64,000 bases of DNA, from positions 32,374 to 96,373 of the forward strand of contig JBGUOH010000003.1 of NCBI GenBank assembly GCA_045117995.1, read 5' to 3'. The translations under genes and the position numbers were made by a program. Positions within the stretch are counted from its first letter, which is position 1, and every line of letters starts with the position of its first letter. Source of the DNA: Bacilli bacterium (GTDB taxonomy: Bacteria; Bacillota_I; Bacilli_A; RFN20; CAG-826). Under the pieces are notes generated by a model. That model did not search any database, was not told the DNA's origin, and was given only the letters and a program-made list of their open reading frames with translations. Below, piece after piece: positions 39,402 to 49,430 of the stretch.

Positions 39402-41180
39402 ATGTGTGGTATTGTTGGCGCTGTTGGATTTATTAGCCCAAAAGACTATGTCTTTAATGGATTAAAGATGCTTGATTACCGTGGATATGATTCCGCGGGT
39501 GTCGCATACTTTAATAACGGCATTCAAATCTTTAAAGATGTCGGTAGTGTGGAACATCTTTTAACCATTGTTCCTGAAACCATTGATACCAATATCATGA
39601 TTGGTCATACAAGATGGGCCACTCATGGTGCGCCTACTAAACTTAATACCCATCCTCACTTATCTTTCCATGAAAAAATCTGTTTAGTGCATAACGGTGT
39701 TATTGAAAACTTCAAAGAATTAAGAAGTTTCTTAACTGGCAAAGGCTATCGTTTCTATGGCGAAACCGATACTGAAATTATCGCTAATTTATTGGAATAT
39801 TATTACCTTGAAAAAGGTGGAATCATTGAAGCTATTAAAACAATTATGACATTAGTAAAAGGTAGTTATGCTTTCGCTTTCTTTACAAGCGAAGATAAAA
39901 ATACCTTATATGTTATTAAGAAAGCTTCTCCATTAGTCATTGGTTTAGGTGAAGGCTTTAATCTTATTGCCTCTGATGCTTCCCCAATGATTGAACACAC
40001 GAATAAGTTTATTGAATTAGACGACTTAGAATTTGGTATTGTCACTAAAGATAAAGTCGCTATCTATAACAAAAAAGGTGAACAAATTAAAAAGAATACC
40101 ATCTCTAAAGATGTGGAATTAATTTCCCATGATTTAAAAGGCTATCCTCACTATATGATTAAGGAAATCGAAGAGATCCCTCAAACAGTCAGACGTTTAA
40201 TGACTAAATACTATGATGATGGTAAATATCAATTCGATCCAAACTTAATCAAAGATTTAGAAGAATCTGACCATATTATCTTTATTGCCTGTGGTACTTC
40301 TTATCACGCCGGTTTAGTGGGTGGTCGTTATTTTGAAAAATACGATAAGTCCACATCGAGATTCATTGCTTCTGAATGGGCCTTTCATCCAACATATCCT
40401 GGTAAGAAACCATTCATCATTATGATTTCTCAATCTGGCGAAACCGCGGACTTAATTCACTGTTTAAAGATTATTAAAGAACATAACTTAAAGAATTTGA
40501 TAATCACTAATACTGGTGGTTCTACATTAGATAGAAACGCCATGTACTCCTTACTACTCTATAGTGGTATTGAAGTATCAGTTGCCTCCACAAAAGCCTA
40601 TGTCGCTCAAGTGACATTACTCGCAATGCTCGCTGCAGCCTTAAGTAATGATAAGAAACTCATTGATGACTTAACTGATTCTTTGGATGTTATCTACGAT
40701 ATCCAAGATCACTATAAGCCACTTATTATGAAAGTTGCTGATGAAATCAAAGATAAAAAGAATCTCTTCTATTTAGGTAGAAGCTTTGATTATTTCCTTT
40801 CTTTAGAAGCTTCTTTGAAACTTAAAGAAATTAGTTATATCCATAGTGAAGCTATCCCTGGTGGTGAACTTAAACATGGTCCAATTGCTTTAATTGAAAA
40901 AGGTATTCCAGTTATCGTCTTTATTACAGATCCAGATACCGCGCCTAGTATGAGAGGCAATATTGAAGAAGTGAAATCTAGAGGTGCGAAAGTTTATACT
41001 ATCGCTACGAAAAGTTTATCTAGACCAGAAGATACCATCATGGTGGAAGATTATGCTTATTACTTATCCAGTGTGGCTGTCTCTTCCATTGCATTCTATT
41101 TAGCTTATTATGTCGCTTTAGCGAAAGGCTTAAATGTCGATAAGCCAAGAAACCTCGCTAAGAGTGTGACTGTTGAATAA
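39402..41180 (+). CDS. glmS: glutamine--fructose-6-phosphate aminotransferase
   Basis: 'MCGIVG' Ntn-amidotransferase start, two SIS domains; 592 aa; only ~38-nt leader, so no glmS ribozyme. Confidence 0.9.
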   Translation: MCGIVGAVGFISPKDYVFNGLKMLDYRGYDSAGVAYFNNGIQIFKDVGSVEHLLTIVPETIDTNIMIGHTRWATHGAPTKLNTHPHLSFHEKICLVHNGVIENFKELRSFLTGKGYRFYGETDTEIIANLLEYYYLEKGGIIEAIKTIMTLVKGSYAFAFFTSEDKNTLYVIKKASPLVIGLGEGFNLIASDASPMIEHTNKFIELDDLEFGIVTKDKVAIYNKKGEQIKKNTISKDVELISHDLKGYPHYMIKEIEEIPQTVRRLMTKYYDDGKYQFDPNLIKDLEESDHIIFIACGTSYHAGLVGGRYFEKYDKSTSRFIASEWAFHPTYPGKKPFIIMISQSGETADLIHCLKIIKEHNLKNLIITNTGGSTLDRNAMYSLLLYSGIEVSVASTKAYVAQVTLLAMLAAALSNDKKLIDDLTDSLDVIYDIQDHYKPLIMKVADEIKDKKNLFYLGRSFDYFLSLEASLKLKEISYIHSEAIPGGELKHGPIALIEKGIPVIVFITDPDTAPSMRGNIEEVKSRGAKVYTIATKSLSRPEDTIMVEDYAYYLSSVAVSSIAFYLAYYVALAKGLNVDKPRNLAKSVTVE

Positions 41181-41193
41181 GGAGGATTAAGTC

Positions 41194-42492
41194 ATGATTA
41201 ACTTAGAAAAGTATAATGACCAACCAGAATTTAAAGCCGCATTAAAGGAAATGTTCTCATCCTTAGATGAATCTGTGCTCAACAATCCTAGATATGCTTC
41301 TATCTTAAAAAGAATCGTGGAACCAGATAGAATCTTAACATTTGACATCAAATGGAAAGATGACCAAGGCAATGTTCGTATGAACAAAGGCTATCGTGTG
41401 CAATATAATAACGTAAACGGTGTTTATAAAGGTGGTCTTAGATTCCATCCAACAGTCAATGTTTCAATTTTAAAATTATTAGGTTTTGAACAAATCTTTA
41501 AAAACTACTTAACCACTTTACCAATGGGTGGCGCGAAAGGTGGTAGTGACTTTGATCCAAAAGGTAAAAGCGACGCTGAAGTCATTAGATTCTGCGAAGC
41601 CTTTATGAAAGAACTCTATCCATATATTGGTGTTGATAAAGATGTCCCTGCGGGCGATATCGGTGTGGGCGCTAGAGAGATTAGAGCCATGTATGAAGCC
41701 TATAAGAAATATTCTGGTAAATCAGATTGTTCCTTAACTGGTAAACCATTAGATTTAGGTGGTTCTTTATGTAGAACTGAAGCCACAGGCTTCGGTGTGA
41801 CTTACTTTGCCTTAGAAGCCCTTAAAGCTTATAAAGGTACTGATTTAAAAGGTAAAAAGGTTATCGTTTCCGGTAGTGGTAACGTCGCTCTTTACTGCTT
41901 AAAGAAGGTCACTGAATTAGGTGGCAAAGTCATCGCGATGAACGATAGTAGCAATGCGATTTACGTCCCTAATGGCATCGACTTTGAAACCATGAGAGCC
42001 TTAAAAGAAGATAGACGTGGCAGAATTAAAGAATATAAAGACCTCGTTAAGGATAAAGTGGAAGTGATGAATTCCAAAGATATCTGGGGTGTTAAATGTG
42101 ATGTTGCCTTCCCATGCGCAACACAATTCGAATTAGATGAAAATGATGCGGACAAATTAATCGCTAATGGATGTATCGGCGTCTTTGAAGGTGCAAATAT
42201 GCCATGTACATTAGAAGCGGCGATGAAATTCATTAACAACAAGATCATCTATTCTCCAGGTAAAGCCAGTAACGCTGGTGGTGTTGCGGTTTCAGGTTTA
42301 GAAATCGAACAAAACAAAAAAGGCGAAAAGTGGTCCTTTGAAGAAGTGGACAATAGATTAAAAGACATCATGGCCACAATCTTTAGAAACTGCTATAAGA
42401 CTGCGAAAGACTTAAACGATGAATATAACCTTATTAAAGGCGCAAACAATTATGCATTTATCGGTATCGCAGAAAAGATGCTAAAAAGATAA
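41194..42492 (+). CDS. gdhA: glutamate dehydrogenase (NAD(P)-dependent)
   Basis: 'LPMGGAKGGSDFDPKGKSD' GDH catalytic motif; 432 aa. Confidence 0.85.
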   Translation: MINLEKYNDQPEFKAALKEMFSSLDESVLNNPRYASILKRIVEPDRILTFDIKWKDDQGNVRMNKGYRVQYNNVNGVYKGGLRFHPTVNVSILKLLGFEQIFKNYLTTLPMGGAKGGSDFDPKGKSDAEVIRFCEAFMKELYPYIGVDKDVPAGDIGVGAREIRAMYEAYKKYSGKSDCSLTGKPLDLGGSLCRTEATGFGVTYFALEALKAYKGTDLKGKKVIVSGSGNVALYCLKKVTELGGKVIAMNDSSNAIYVPNGIDFETMRALKEDRRGRIKEYKDLVKDKVEVMNSKDIWGVKCDVAFPCATQFELDENDADKLIANGCIGVFEGANMPCTLEAAMKFINNKIIYSPGKASNAGGVAVSGLEIEQNKKGEKWSFEEVDNRLKDIMATIFRNCYKTAKDLNDEYNLIKGANNYAFIGIAEKMLKR

Positions 42493-42501
42493 CAAATAAG
42501 A

Positions 42502-42524
42502 GCCCACTTAACCGTGGGTTTTTG
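42502..42524 (+). terminator. rho-independent terminator after gdhA (end of seven-gene operon)
   Basis: 'cccac-ttaacc-gtggg' followed by ttttt. Confidence 0.6.
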
Positions 42525-42619
42525 TTTGAATTCAAAATGTCACAAAATTATACATTAATGTATAAAAAACATATGTCACTAATATTGTAAATATTTCGAT
42601 AAAATGATAAAATTAAAGC

Positions 42620-43249
42620 ATGGATATCATCGATTACTTAAAAGAAATTTATGGTTATGCAACTCCTATCTTTCTAAAAGACATCAGGATTGGTCGTAAG
42701 AGCAAAACTGCTATTAGAAAAGAACTTTCTCGTGCGGTTGCGGATAATAGAATCATCCGTCGTTCGCCAGGTGTTTATTATTTTAAAGAAGATAAAGAAT
42801 TAGCTGACGAACTATCTTTCACAGAAATCGTAATAAAAAAATATATTAAAGATGACTATGGAATAAGTGGCCTCAATCTTAATATTTTCGGATATTTTTC
42901 AGGCCAAACATTTTTAAATCAAATCGGGATTTCACAGCAAGTACCCGCTGTTTTGGAAGTTACTACAAACAACACATCCTGCAAAAGAATCTATCATAGT
43001 GGAAAATACCGTTGCCTTTTAAGAAAAGGAAGAACTCACATAGATCGCTTTAACTGTAAAGCATTACAATTCTTCGATATGTTGTCTGGATGGCTAACCG
43101 ATGAAGAAATAAAAGAAAACAAAGATTTATTGTTTAGGTATATTAGTAAAAACCTTACCAAAAACGATTTTCAGAAAAACATTCAATTTTATAGCAATAG
43201 AGTTATGAAAATTCTTGTTGAGGAGGGTTTGATTAATGCGTTTAGATAA
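42620..43249 (+). CDS. AbiEi-like antitoxin / transcriptional regulator (type IV TA)
   Basis: 209 aa directly upstream of and overlapping an AbiEii-family gene; 'RRSPGVYYF' region typical of AbiEi N-terminal wHTH. Confidence 0.5.
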   Translation: MDIIDYLKEIYGYATPIFLKDIRIGRKSKTAIRKELSRAVADNRIIRRSPGVYYFKEDKELADELSFTEIVIKKYIKDDYGISGLNLNIFGYFSGQTFLNQIGISQQVPAVLEVTTNNTSCKRIYHSGKYRCLLRKGRTHIDRFNCKALQFFDMLSGWLTDEEIKENKDLLFRYISKNLTKNDFQKNIQFYSNRVMKILVEEGLINAFR

Positions 43250-44273
43250 TAGCAAAAAAGATTTTGCATCAGCGGTCCGTAATACTGCCATATCCGCTGA
43301 TATTTTAGATGAATACGTCGAAAAAGATTATTGGCTATTTTTAATATTGAAACAAATTTTCAAGAATGACAAACGCGGATATGTATTCAAAGGCGGAACG
43401 TCACTTTCTAAATGCTACCACCTTATTAATCGTTTCTCTGAAGACATAGACATTTCATATTCTTCCCCATTTGGAGAAGTTAACAGTGGTGAAATAAAAA
43501 GAAAGTTCAAAGGGATAACCGATGCGATTAAAGCGGTTGGCTTAGAAATAGTTAATACGGACAAGCTTAGATGGAACCGTTATTTCAACCAATTTCAATG
43601 TCCTTATAATAGTTTTTTCTCGGGTACCAATATAGAGAAAAAAGTGGTGATAGAATTAGCCGCTCAAACTCCATCTTTTCCAAGTGAAGAGAAGATCTTC
43701 TCTAGTTTTATCGGAGATTACTTCGAATCAATTGGCCGCCATGATTTGGTTGAACAATATGAATTGGCGCCATTTAATTTGCAAGTTCAAACATTAGAAA
43801 GAACCCTCGTGGATAAGACATTTGCGATTTGCGATTACTACATTGATGATAAATGTGAAAACCATTCACGTCATTTATATGACATTAGTAAATTGCTAAC
43901 TAAGGTCAACTTAAATCAAAAACTCGCTGACTTGTTTAAAGAAGTAAGGAGTTATAGAAATAAGATTAGCGTCTGCAGATCCGCCAGAGACGGAATGAAA
44001 CTTAATCAACTGATTGACGCAATTATAAAAAATGAATCGTTCAAAAAGGATTACGAAACAAAGACTGAGATTTTGTTGTATGAGAACTATCCATATGAGA
44101 CGTGCAAGGAATCGTTAATAAAATTAAAAGACTTTCTAAAAGAAAATGAAACATATCTAGAGCAAAAAGAAGAAGCAAACCTTATTAATCCTGCATTAGA
44201 TGAATTAGAGAACAATAAAACCGTTGATGGTGAAGCAGCGCTAGAAGAATTAAAAGATAAATACGATAAATAA
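43236..44273 (+). CDS. AbiEii/AbiGii-family nucleotidyltransferase toxin (DUF1814)
   Basis: 'FKGGTSLSKCYHLINRFSEDIDISY' is the hallmark DUF1814 motif; 345 aa. Confidence 0.7.
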   Translation: MRLDNSKKDFASAVRNTAISADILDEYVEKDYWLFLILKQIFKNDKRGYVFKGGTSLSKCYHLINRFSEDIDISYSSPFGEVNSGEIKRKFKGITDAIKAVGLEIVNTDKLRWNRYFNQFQCPYNSFFSGTNIEKKVVIELAAQTPSFPSEEKIFSSFIGDYFESIGRHDLVEQYELAPFNLQVQTLERTLVDKTFAICDYYIDDKCENHSRHLYDISKLLTKVNLNQKLADLFKEVRSYRNKISVCRSARDGMKLNQLIDAIIKNESFKKDYETKTEILLYENYPYETCKESLIKLKDFLKENETYLEQKEEANLINPALDELENNKTVDGEAALEELKDKYDK

Positions 44274-44478
44274 TTAAGTTTCATTTAAGCTCCAACGTAA
44301 ACAAACAATTACGTAAAGAAAAATAATTTATATAATTATTAATAAGGATATATATTCTTATAACAAAGTTATAATACTCTCTTATAAACAATCAAGTAAA
44401 CAAAACTTTACACTTTTTAATTGTAATTTACATTTAACATGTTAATCTATTGTCACATGCAAGGGAGCCATACATAAT

Positions 44479-46122
44479 ATGACAATTGGTGAAAAAATTG
44501 TTCACCTTAGAATTGCTAACAACATTTCTCAGGAAGAACTAGCGAAAGCTTTAAAAACATCCAGACAATCCCTATCTAAATGGGAAAATAATGACACACT
44601 TCCTCCTTTAAACACTATTAAGGATTTATGTGTGTTATTCAAAATTACCGCTGATGAATTAATTGACGATAACATCGTTATCCATCGTGGTAAGAAAGTC
44701 GAACTTCCAAGTGAAAACGTCAAAACCAAATATTTTGGTACTGATGGTTTCAGAGGCGAAGCTAATGAATTATTGAATTCAGATAAAGCCTATAAGATTG
44801 GTAGATTCCTCGGTTGGTTCTACTCTAATCCTAAATACAATATGCAAAAACCAGGCTATAGACCAAAGATTGTTATTGGTAAAGATACCAGAAGATCTTC
44901 CTATATGCTTGAATACGCAGTGGCCGCTGGTGCAGCATCATCTGGCGCGGACGTAGAATTACTCCACGTTACAACCACTCCATCAGTCTCTTACATTGTA
45001 AGACAAGACTGCTTTGACTGTGGCGTCATGATTACTGCTTCTCATAACCCATTCTATGATAATGGCATTAAAGTCATTAACGGTAATGGTGAAAAGCTTG
45101 AAGATGGTGTTGCTTATCTCGCCGAAGCCTATTTAGATGGTGATTTCAAAACATTAGGCCTAGAAGATGGTGAAACAGATTTACCATTCGCCAAACGTGG
45201 TGATATCGGCACAATTAATGACTACTCTTCAGGTAGAAATAGATACATTGGTTACTTAATTTCTTTAGCCAAACACTCCATGAAGAAACTTAGAATCGGT
45301 TTAGATACCGCGAATGGTGCTTCTTGGATGATTGCTAAGAGTGTTTTCGAAGCCTTAGGCGCTCAAGTCTACATTATTAATAACCGTCCAGATGGTTTAA
45401 ACATCAATGTTGATGCTGGTAGCACACACATTGAAAAATTCTGTAAGTTTGTTAAAGAAGAAAAACTCGATGTTGGTTTTGCCTTCGATGGTGACGCTGA
45501 TAGATGTATTGCCGTTGATGAAAATGGTAAAGAAGTCGACGGTGATAAAATCATGTACTTATTAGCCAACAAACTTAAGAGTGAAGGTTCTCTTGATAAC
45601 GACACAGTCGTTGCCACAATCATGTCCAACAGCGGTCTTGAAAAAGCCCTTAAAGGTATTGGCTGTAAGATGATTAGAACTAAAGTTGGTGATAGATTCG
45701 TCTTTGAAAAAATGATGAGTGATGGTTACACACTCGGTGGTGAACAATCAGGTCATATCATCATTAGAAAATATGCCACTACAGGTGATGGTGTTTTAAC
45801 GGCAATTATGGTTGCTGAAGAAATGCTTGAAAGAAAAGATTCTTTATCCAAATTAGTGGCCCCAGTTAAGTTATTACCACAAAAAACAAAGAACGTCAGA
45901 GTTACCGATAAGAGCGCGGCTGTTGAAGATGATGCTGTTAAAGCTAAATTCGACGAAGTGAATAAAGAAATCGGTGATAACGGTAGAGCGTTATTAAGAC
46001 AATCCGGTACTGAACCAGTCATCCGTATTATGGTGGAATATCCAACATTGCAAGGTTGTGATGAATATATCGAAAAGATCTATAACGTTGTGAAGAAAAG
46101 AGGCTTTGTCATCGATGAATAA
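44479..46122 (+). CDS. glmM: phosphoglucosamine mutase with N-terminal XRE-type HTH extension
   Basis: GlmM motifs 'KYFGTDGFRG', 'ITASHNPFYDNG', 'GGEQSGHII'; an in-frame 70-aa 'IVHLRIANNISQEELAKALKTSRQSLSKWENN' HTH precedes the mutase with no internal ATG. Confidence 0.75.
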   Translation: MTIGEKIVHLRIANNISQEELAKALKTSRQSLSKWENNDTLPPLNTIKDLCVLFKITADELIDDNIVIHRGKKVELPSENVKTKYFGTDGFRGEANELLNSDKAYKIGRFLGWFYSNPKYNMQKPGYRPKIVIGKDTRRSSYMLEYAVAAGAASSGADVELLHVTTTPSVSYIVRQDCFDCGVMITASHNPFYDNGIKVINGNGEKLEDGVAYLAEAYLDGDFKTLGLEDGETDLPFAKRGDIGTINDYSSGRNRYIGYLISLAKHSMKKLRIGLDTANGASWMIAKSVFEALGAQVYIINNRPDGLNINVDAGSTHIEKFCKFVKEEKLDVGFAFDGDADRCIAVDENGKEVDGDKIMYLLANKLKSEGSLDNDTVVATIMSNSGLEKALKGIGCKMIRTKVGDRFVFEKMMSDGYTLGGEQSGHIIIRKYATTGDGVLTAIMVAEEMLERKDSLSKLVAPVKLLPQKTKNVRVTDKSAAVEDDAVKAKFDEVNKEIGDNGRALLRQSGTEPVIRIMVEYPTLQGCDEYIEKIYNVVKKRGFVIDE

Positions 46123-46789
46123 GAAAGCTGTCTTAACTAAAGATTTATTTAACATCGAAGAACCATCTTTCATGAAAGAGTTCTTTGATCAATATGAATA
46201 CCCATGGGAAATGCTCCCACACATTAAAGAATTAATCGCTAAATGTTTAGAAATGGGTATTCCAGGATACACTCTTCTAAAAGAAGGTGTCCTCGTTGGT
46301 GAGAATGTGAAAATCGCTGAAACAGCGACCATCATTCCTCCTGCTATCATTGGTAGTAATACCGAAGTGAGACCAGGCGCCTACATTAGAGGTAATCTCA
46401 TCTGTGGTGATAACTGTGTCTTAGGTAATTCTTGCGAATTTAAAAACGCGATTCTCTTATATCACGTGCAAGTTCCACATTATTCCTACGTTGGTGATTC
46501 CGTTTTAGGTAATTACGCTCATATGGGTGCAGGTAGTATCTGCTCTAACTTAAAGAGTGATGGTAAGAACATCGTTATCCATGGCGAAAAGGACTATGAA
46601 ACTGGTTTAAGAAAAATAGGCGCTATCTTAGGTGACTATGCTGATATTGGTTGTCAATCAGTCTTAAACCCAGGAACAGTCATTGGTCAACACTCTCAAG
46701 TTTATCCATTAAGCATGGTGAGAGGCGTTGTCCCAGAAAATAGCATTTATAAAGCAAAAGATAATATTGTTGTCAAAGAAAAGAGGTAG
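46106..46789 (+). CDS. hexapeptide-repeat (left-handed beta-helix) acyltransferase-family protein
   Basis: Repeated [LIV]-G-x-x-x-x hexads ('IIGSNTEVRPGAYIRGNLICGDNCVLGNSCEF...'); between glmM and nagB. Confidence 0.5.
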   Translation: MSSMNKKAVLTKDLFNIEEPSFMKEFFDQYEYPWEMLPHIKELIAKCLEMGIPGYTLLKEGVLVGENVKIAETATIIPPAIIGSNTEVRPGAYIRGNLICGDNCVLGNSCEFKNAILLYHVQVPHYSYVGDSVLGNYAHMGAGSICSNLKSDGKNIVIHGEKDYETGLRKIGAILGDYADIGCQSVLNPGTVIGQHSQVYPLSMVRGVVPENSIYKAKDNIVVKEKR

Positions 46790-46798
46790 TCGAAAATT

Positions 46799-47521
46799 AT
46801 GAAAGTTGTCGTTGGCAGTAATGAAGAAATCAGCAAATTAATCGCTGAAGAGTTTATCAAGCAAGTACAAGCTAAACCAAACAGTGTTTTAGGCTTAGCC
46901 ACAGGTACATCCCCAATTGAAGTTTATGCGAACATGATTAAGGCTTGTAAAGAAGGCCGTGTATCATTCAAAGATGTCGCGACATTCAATCTCGATGAAT
47001 ACATCGGATTAGAAGGTACACATGATCAATCATATCGTTACTTCATGAACAAATACTTATTCGATGGTTTAGATATCGATAAAGCGCGTACACACGTCCT
47101 TAAAGGCGTTGGTGATTATTTAGCTTATGCTAATCAATACGACGCGGAAATCGCCTCTTTTGGTGGCATTGATCTCCAAATCTTAGGTATTGGTAGTGAT
47201 GGCCATATCGCATTTAATGAACCAGGTACTCCATTTGATTCCTTAACCCATGTCGCAGAATTAACCGAACAAACAATTAGAGATAACTCTAGATTATTCA
47301 ATGATATCTCTGAAGTTCCAACTAAAGCGGTCACTATGGGCTTAAAGAGCATTATGAACGCTAGAAAGATTGTTCTTATCGCTACGGGTAAAAACAAAGC
47401 GCAAGCGATCTATAACTTATTAAAAGGTCCAATGACTGAAGAAGTTCCTTGCTCCATCCTTCAAAAACATCCAGATTGCACAATCTATGTGGATGAAGAT
47501 GCTTATAGCATGGTGAAATAG
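46799..47521 (+). CDS. nagB: glucosamine-6-phosphate deaminase
   Basis: 'GLATGTSP', 'NLDEYIGL', 'GIGSDGHIAFNEPG' motifs; 240 aa. Confidence 0.85.
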   Translation: MKVVVGSNEEISKLIAEEFIKQVQAKPNSVLGLATGTSPIEVYANMIKACKEGRVSFKDVATFNLDEYIGLEGTHDQSYRYFMNKYLFDGLDIDKARTHVLKGVGDYLAYANQYDAEIASFGGIDLQILGIGSDGHIAFNEPGTPFDSLTHVAELTEQTIRDNSRLFNDISEVPTKAVTMGLKSIMNARKIVLIATGKNKAQAIYNLLKGPMTEEVPCSILQKHPDCTIYVDEDAYSMVK

Positions 47522-48220
47522 TTAGATCTTAATTAACTTATTACATTTAGAACATTTTAAGCCATTAGGCACAATAGAGAGTATGCCCCCACAGTCGGGG
47601 CATATTTTCTTTTCTATCGCTGTTCTTATTTCTTTTTGATAGTCTCTTCTCTCTTTAATCGTCTTCTTGATATTAGCGAGATGCATCTCATCATTAACGT
47701 CCGCTTCAGAATATAGAAGGGTATTATAAATGCTTTCAATAACCTGTTCTGATAAAGGATTATCGATAGTGATTAAGTTAATGCGCTTTAAGATATCTTC
47801 GGGACCACAGACATTAAATAAATCTAACCCGTCTCCGTTATTTTTAACTAAAACGATAAAGCAATACATTGGATAATCTCTTCCAATAATGCGTTTAATC
47901 ATTCTGATATGAGATTGATTTTGTTTTAGAGGATTATGGAATGTTTCTGTTTTCGTTCTGCCTTTAAAAGGAAATGTCTTTTTCCAATAGGAATCATCCT
48001 CTCCACCGACAATGTTTCCAAAGTAGTTTTTAGTCTCAATAACAAAAATACCATTACTACGAATGAGTATGTGGTCAATTTGATGTGAGACTTGATTGTC
48101 CCCTAGTAGAACCAGATTGTTAATTAAACGATGGAATGATTTATCAGCATCTAAAATAGAGGCGACCAAGCGTTCGCCTTCTTCGCCTCTTTTAAGTTTT
48201 CTTTTATTGTTGTTCGCCAT
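47522..48220 (-). CDS. NERD (nuclease-related domain) protein with C-terminal zinc ribbon
   Basis: 'GEEGERLV...IDHILIRSNGIFVIETKNYFG' NERD core; C-terminal 'CPDCGG...CSKC'. Confidence 0.6.
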   Translation of the reverse strand: MANNNKRKLKRGEEGERLVASILDADKSFHRLINNLVLLGDNQVSHQIDHILIRSNGIFVIETKNYFGNIVGGEDDSYWKKTFPFKGRTKTETFHNPLKQNQSHIRMIKRIIGRDYPMYCFIVLVKNNGDGLDLFNVCGPEDILKRINLITIDNPLSEQVIESIYNTLLYSEADVNDEMHLANIKKTIKERRDYQKEIRTAIEKKICPDCGGILSIVPNGLKCSKCNKLIKI

Positions 48221-48635
48221 CCAAGATTGGTTTTAAGTATTTCATAGTGTTTTCACTTAATAAGTCATTAAGTAAGAAACCAAATGTATCAATTGCTTCA
48301 TCTTCGTTAGCTAAACCAACGGAAGTGTAATGAAGTTCTAAATAATCACGATCATGGATATTAGTGATATACGCTCTAAACCAAGGATTGTTTTCGTTAA
48401 AAGCGTTAATCAAATATAAGTTATCATATGTTCTTTCAATCACATCAAATGTTAAGAATAAGTGAATCGTGCCACTTGAGAAAGCCACAAATCTACAGTA
48501 GACAGAATTAATGAAATATTCTTTCGCAGTGATTTGGCTATGGAGTGTTAAAGAATTCGCGTCTTCTTCATGAACTTGAAGACCAATCTTCTCACCAAGT
48601 TTTAACATTTTTTCTTTTAAGTTATTAAGATTCAT
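48204..48635 (-). CDS. hypothetical protein (possibly YbjN-like), translationally coupled to NERD gene
   Basis: 143-aa ORF overlapping NERD start by 17 nt; no strong motif. Confidence 0.3.
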   Translation of the reverse strand: MNLNNLKEKMLKLGEKIGLQVHEEDANSLTLHSQITAKEYFINSVYCRFVAFSSGTIHLFLTFDVIERTYDNLYLINAFNENNPWFRAYITNIHDRDYLELHYTSVGLANEDEAIDTFGFLLNDLLSENTMKYLKPILDGEQQ

Positions 48636-48716
48636 ATGATATTACCTCTATCCGTAACAAATATTATATCATAATTAACTTTTAATAAGTTATGCACTTG
48701 TGTAAAATAGGGTGGT

Positions 48717-49430
48717 ATGAAATTAAGCATTGTCATCCCTTGCTATAACGAAAGTAAGGATATCGCTAAAAACGCGGAAATTATCAAAGATAAATTAAAA
48801 GAGCTCAAACAAGATTATGAATTAATCTTGGTTAACGATGGTAGTAAAGATAACACTAAAGAAGTTATCGAATCTATCGAGGGAGTAAAGGCTTTATCAT
48901 ACGATGTTAATCGTGGTAAAGGTGGTGCGGTTAAATACGGCATTGAAAACGCTACTGGCGATTATGTTTTGTTCATGGACGCTGATTTAAGTACAGATTT
49001 AGAAGCGATTCAACGTACCTTAGAATTAGCCCCTAACTACGATGTGATCATTGGCAGCAGACACGCTAAAGATAGTGTCATCAAAAAGAAACAACCAGCC
49101 TTAAGAGTGTTTATTGGTTGGTGCTGCCGTAAACTCGTGAACATGAAATTCCATTTCAACTACAAAGACACCCAATGTGGTTTTAAGGCAATTAGAACTG
49201 ACTTAGCTAAAAAGATAGTGGCTAAACAAGTCGTTACTAATTTCGCTTTTGACGTTGAATATCTCTATATCGCTAAATTAAATAATTTATCTATTTATGA
49301 AATGGGTGTTATTTGGTCTGATGACCGTGGTAGTACAGTCTCACCATTAAAATCATCCATTAAGTTCTTTAAGGACTTATCGTTTATTAAAAAGCATAAG
49401 AAGACATACTTATTTGAAGAAGCTAAATAG
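48717..49430 (+). CDS. family 2 glycosyltransferase (polyprenol-phosphate sugar transferase-like)
   Basis: 'LSIVIPCYNE', 'LVNDGSKD', 'FMDADL' GT-A motifs; 237 aa. Confidence 0.7.
   Translation: MKLSIVIPCYNESKDIAKNAEIIKDKLKELKQDYELILVNDGSKDNTKEVIESIEGVKALSYDVNRGKGGAVKYGIENATGDYVLFMDADLSTDLEAIQRTLELAPNYDVIIGSRHAKDSVIKKKQPALRVFIGWCCRKLVNMKFHFNYKDTQCGFKAIRTDLAKKIVAKQVVTNFAFDVEYLYIAKLNNLSIYEMGVIWSDDRGSTVSPLKSSIKFFKDLSFIKKHKKTYLFEEAK

Noticed and set aside
47582-47610. Hairpin 'atgcccc-cacagtc-ggggcat' + T-run that looks like a terminator for nagB
   Set aside because: It lies inside the NERD gene coding sequence (it encodes the CPDCGG zinc-ribbon residues on the minus strand). It is probably a coincidental palindrome from Cys/Gly codons, though it could still act as the nagB terminator.
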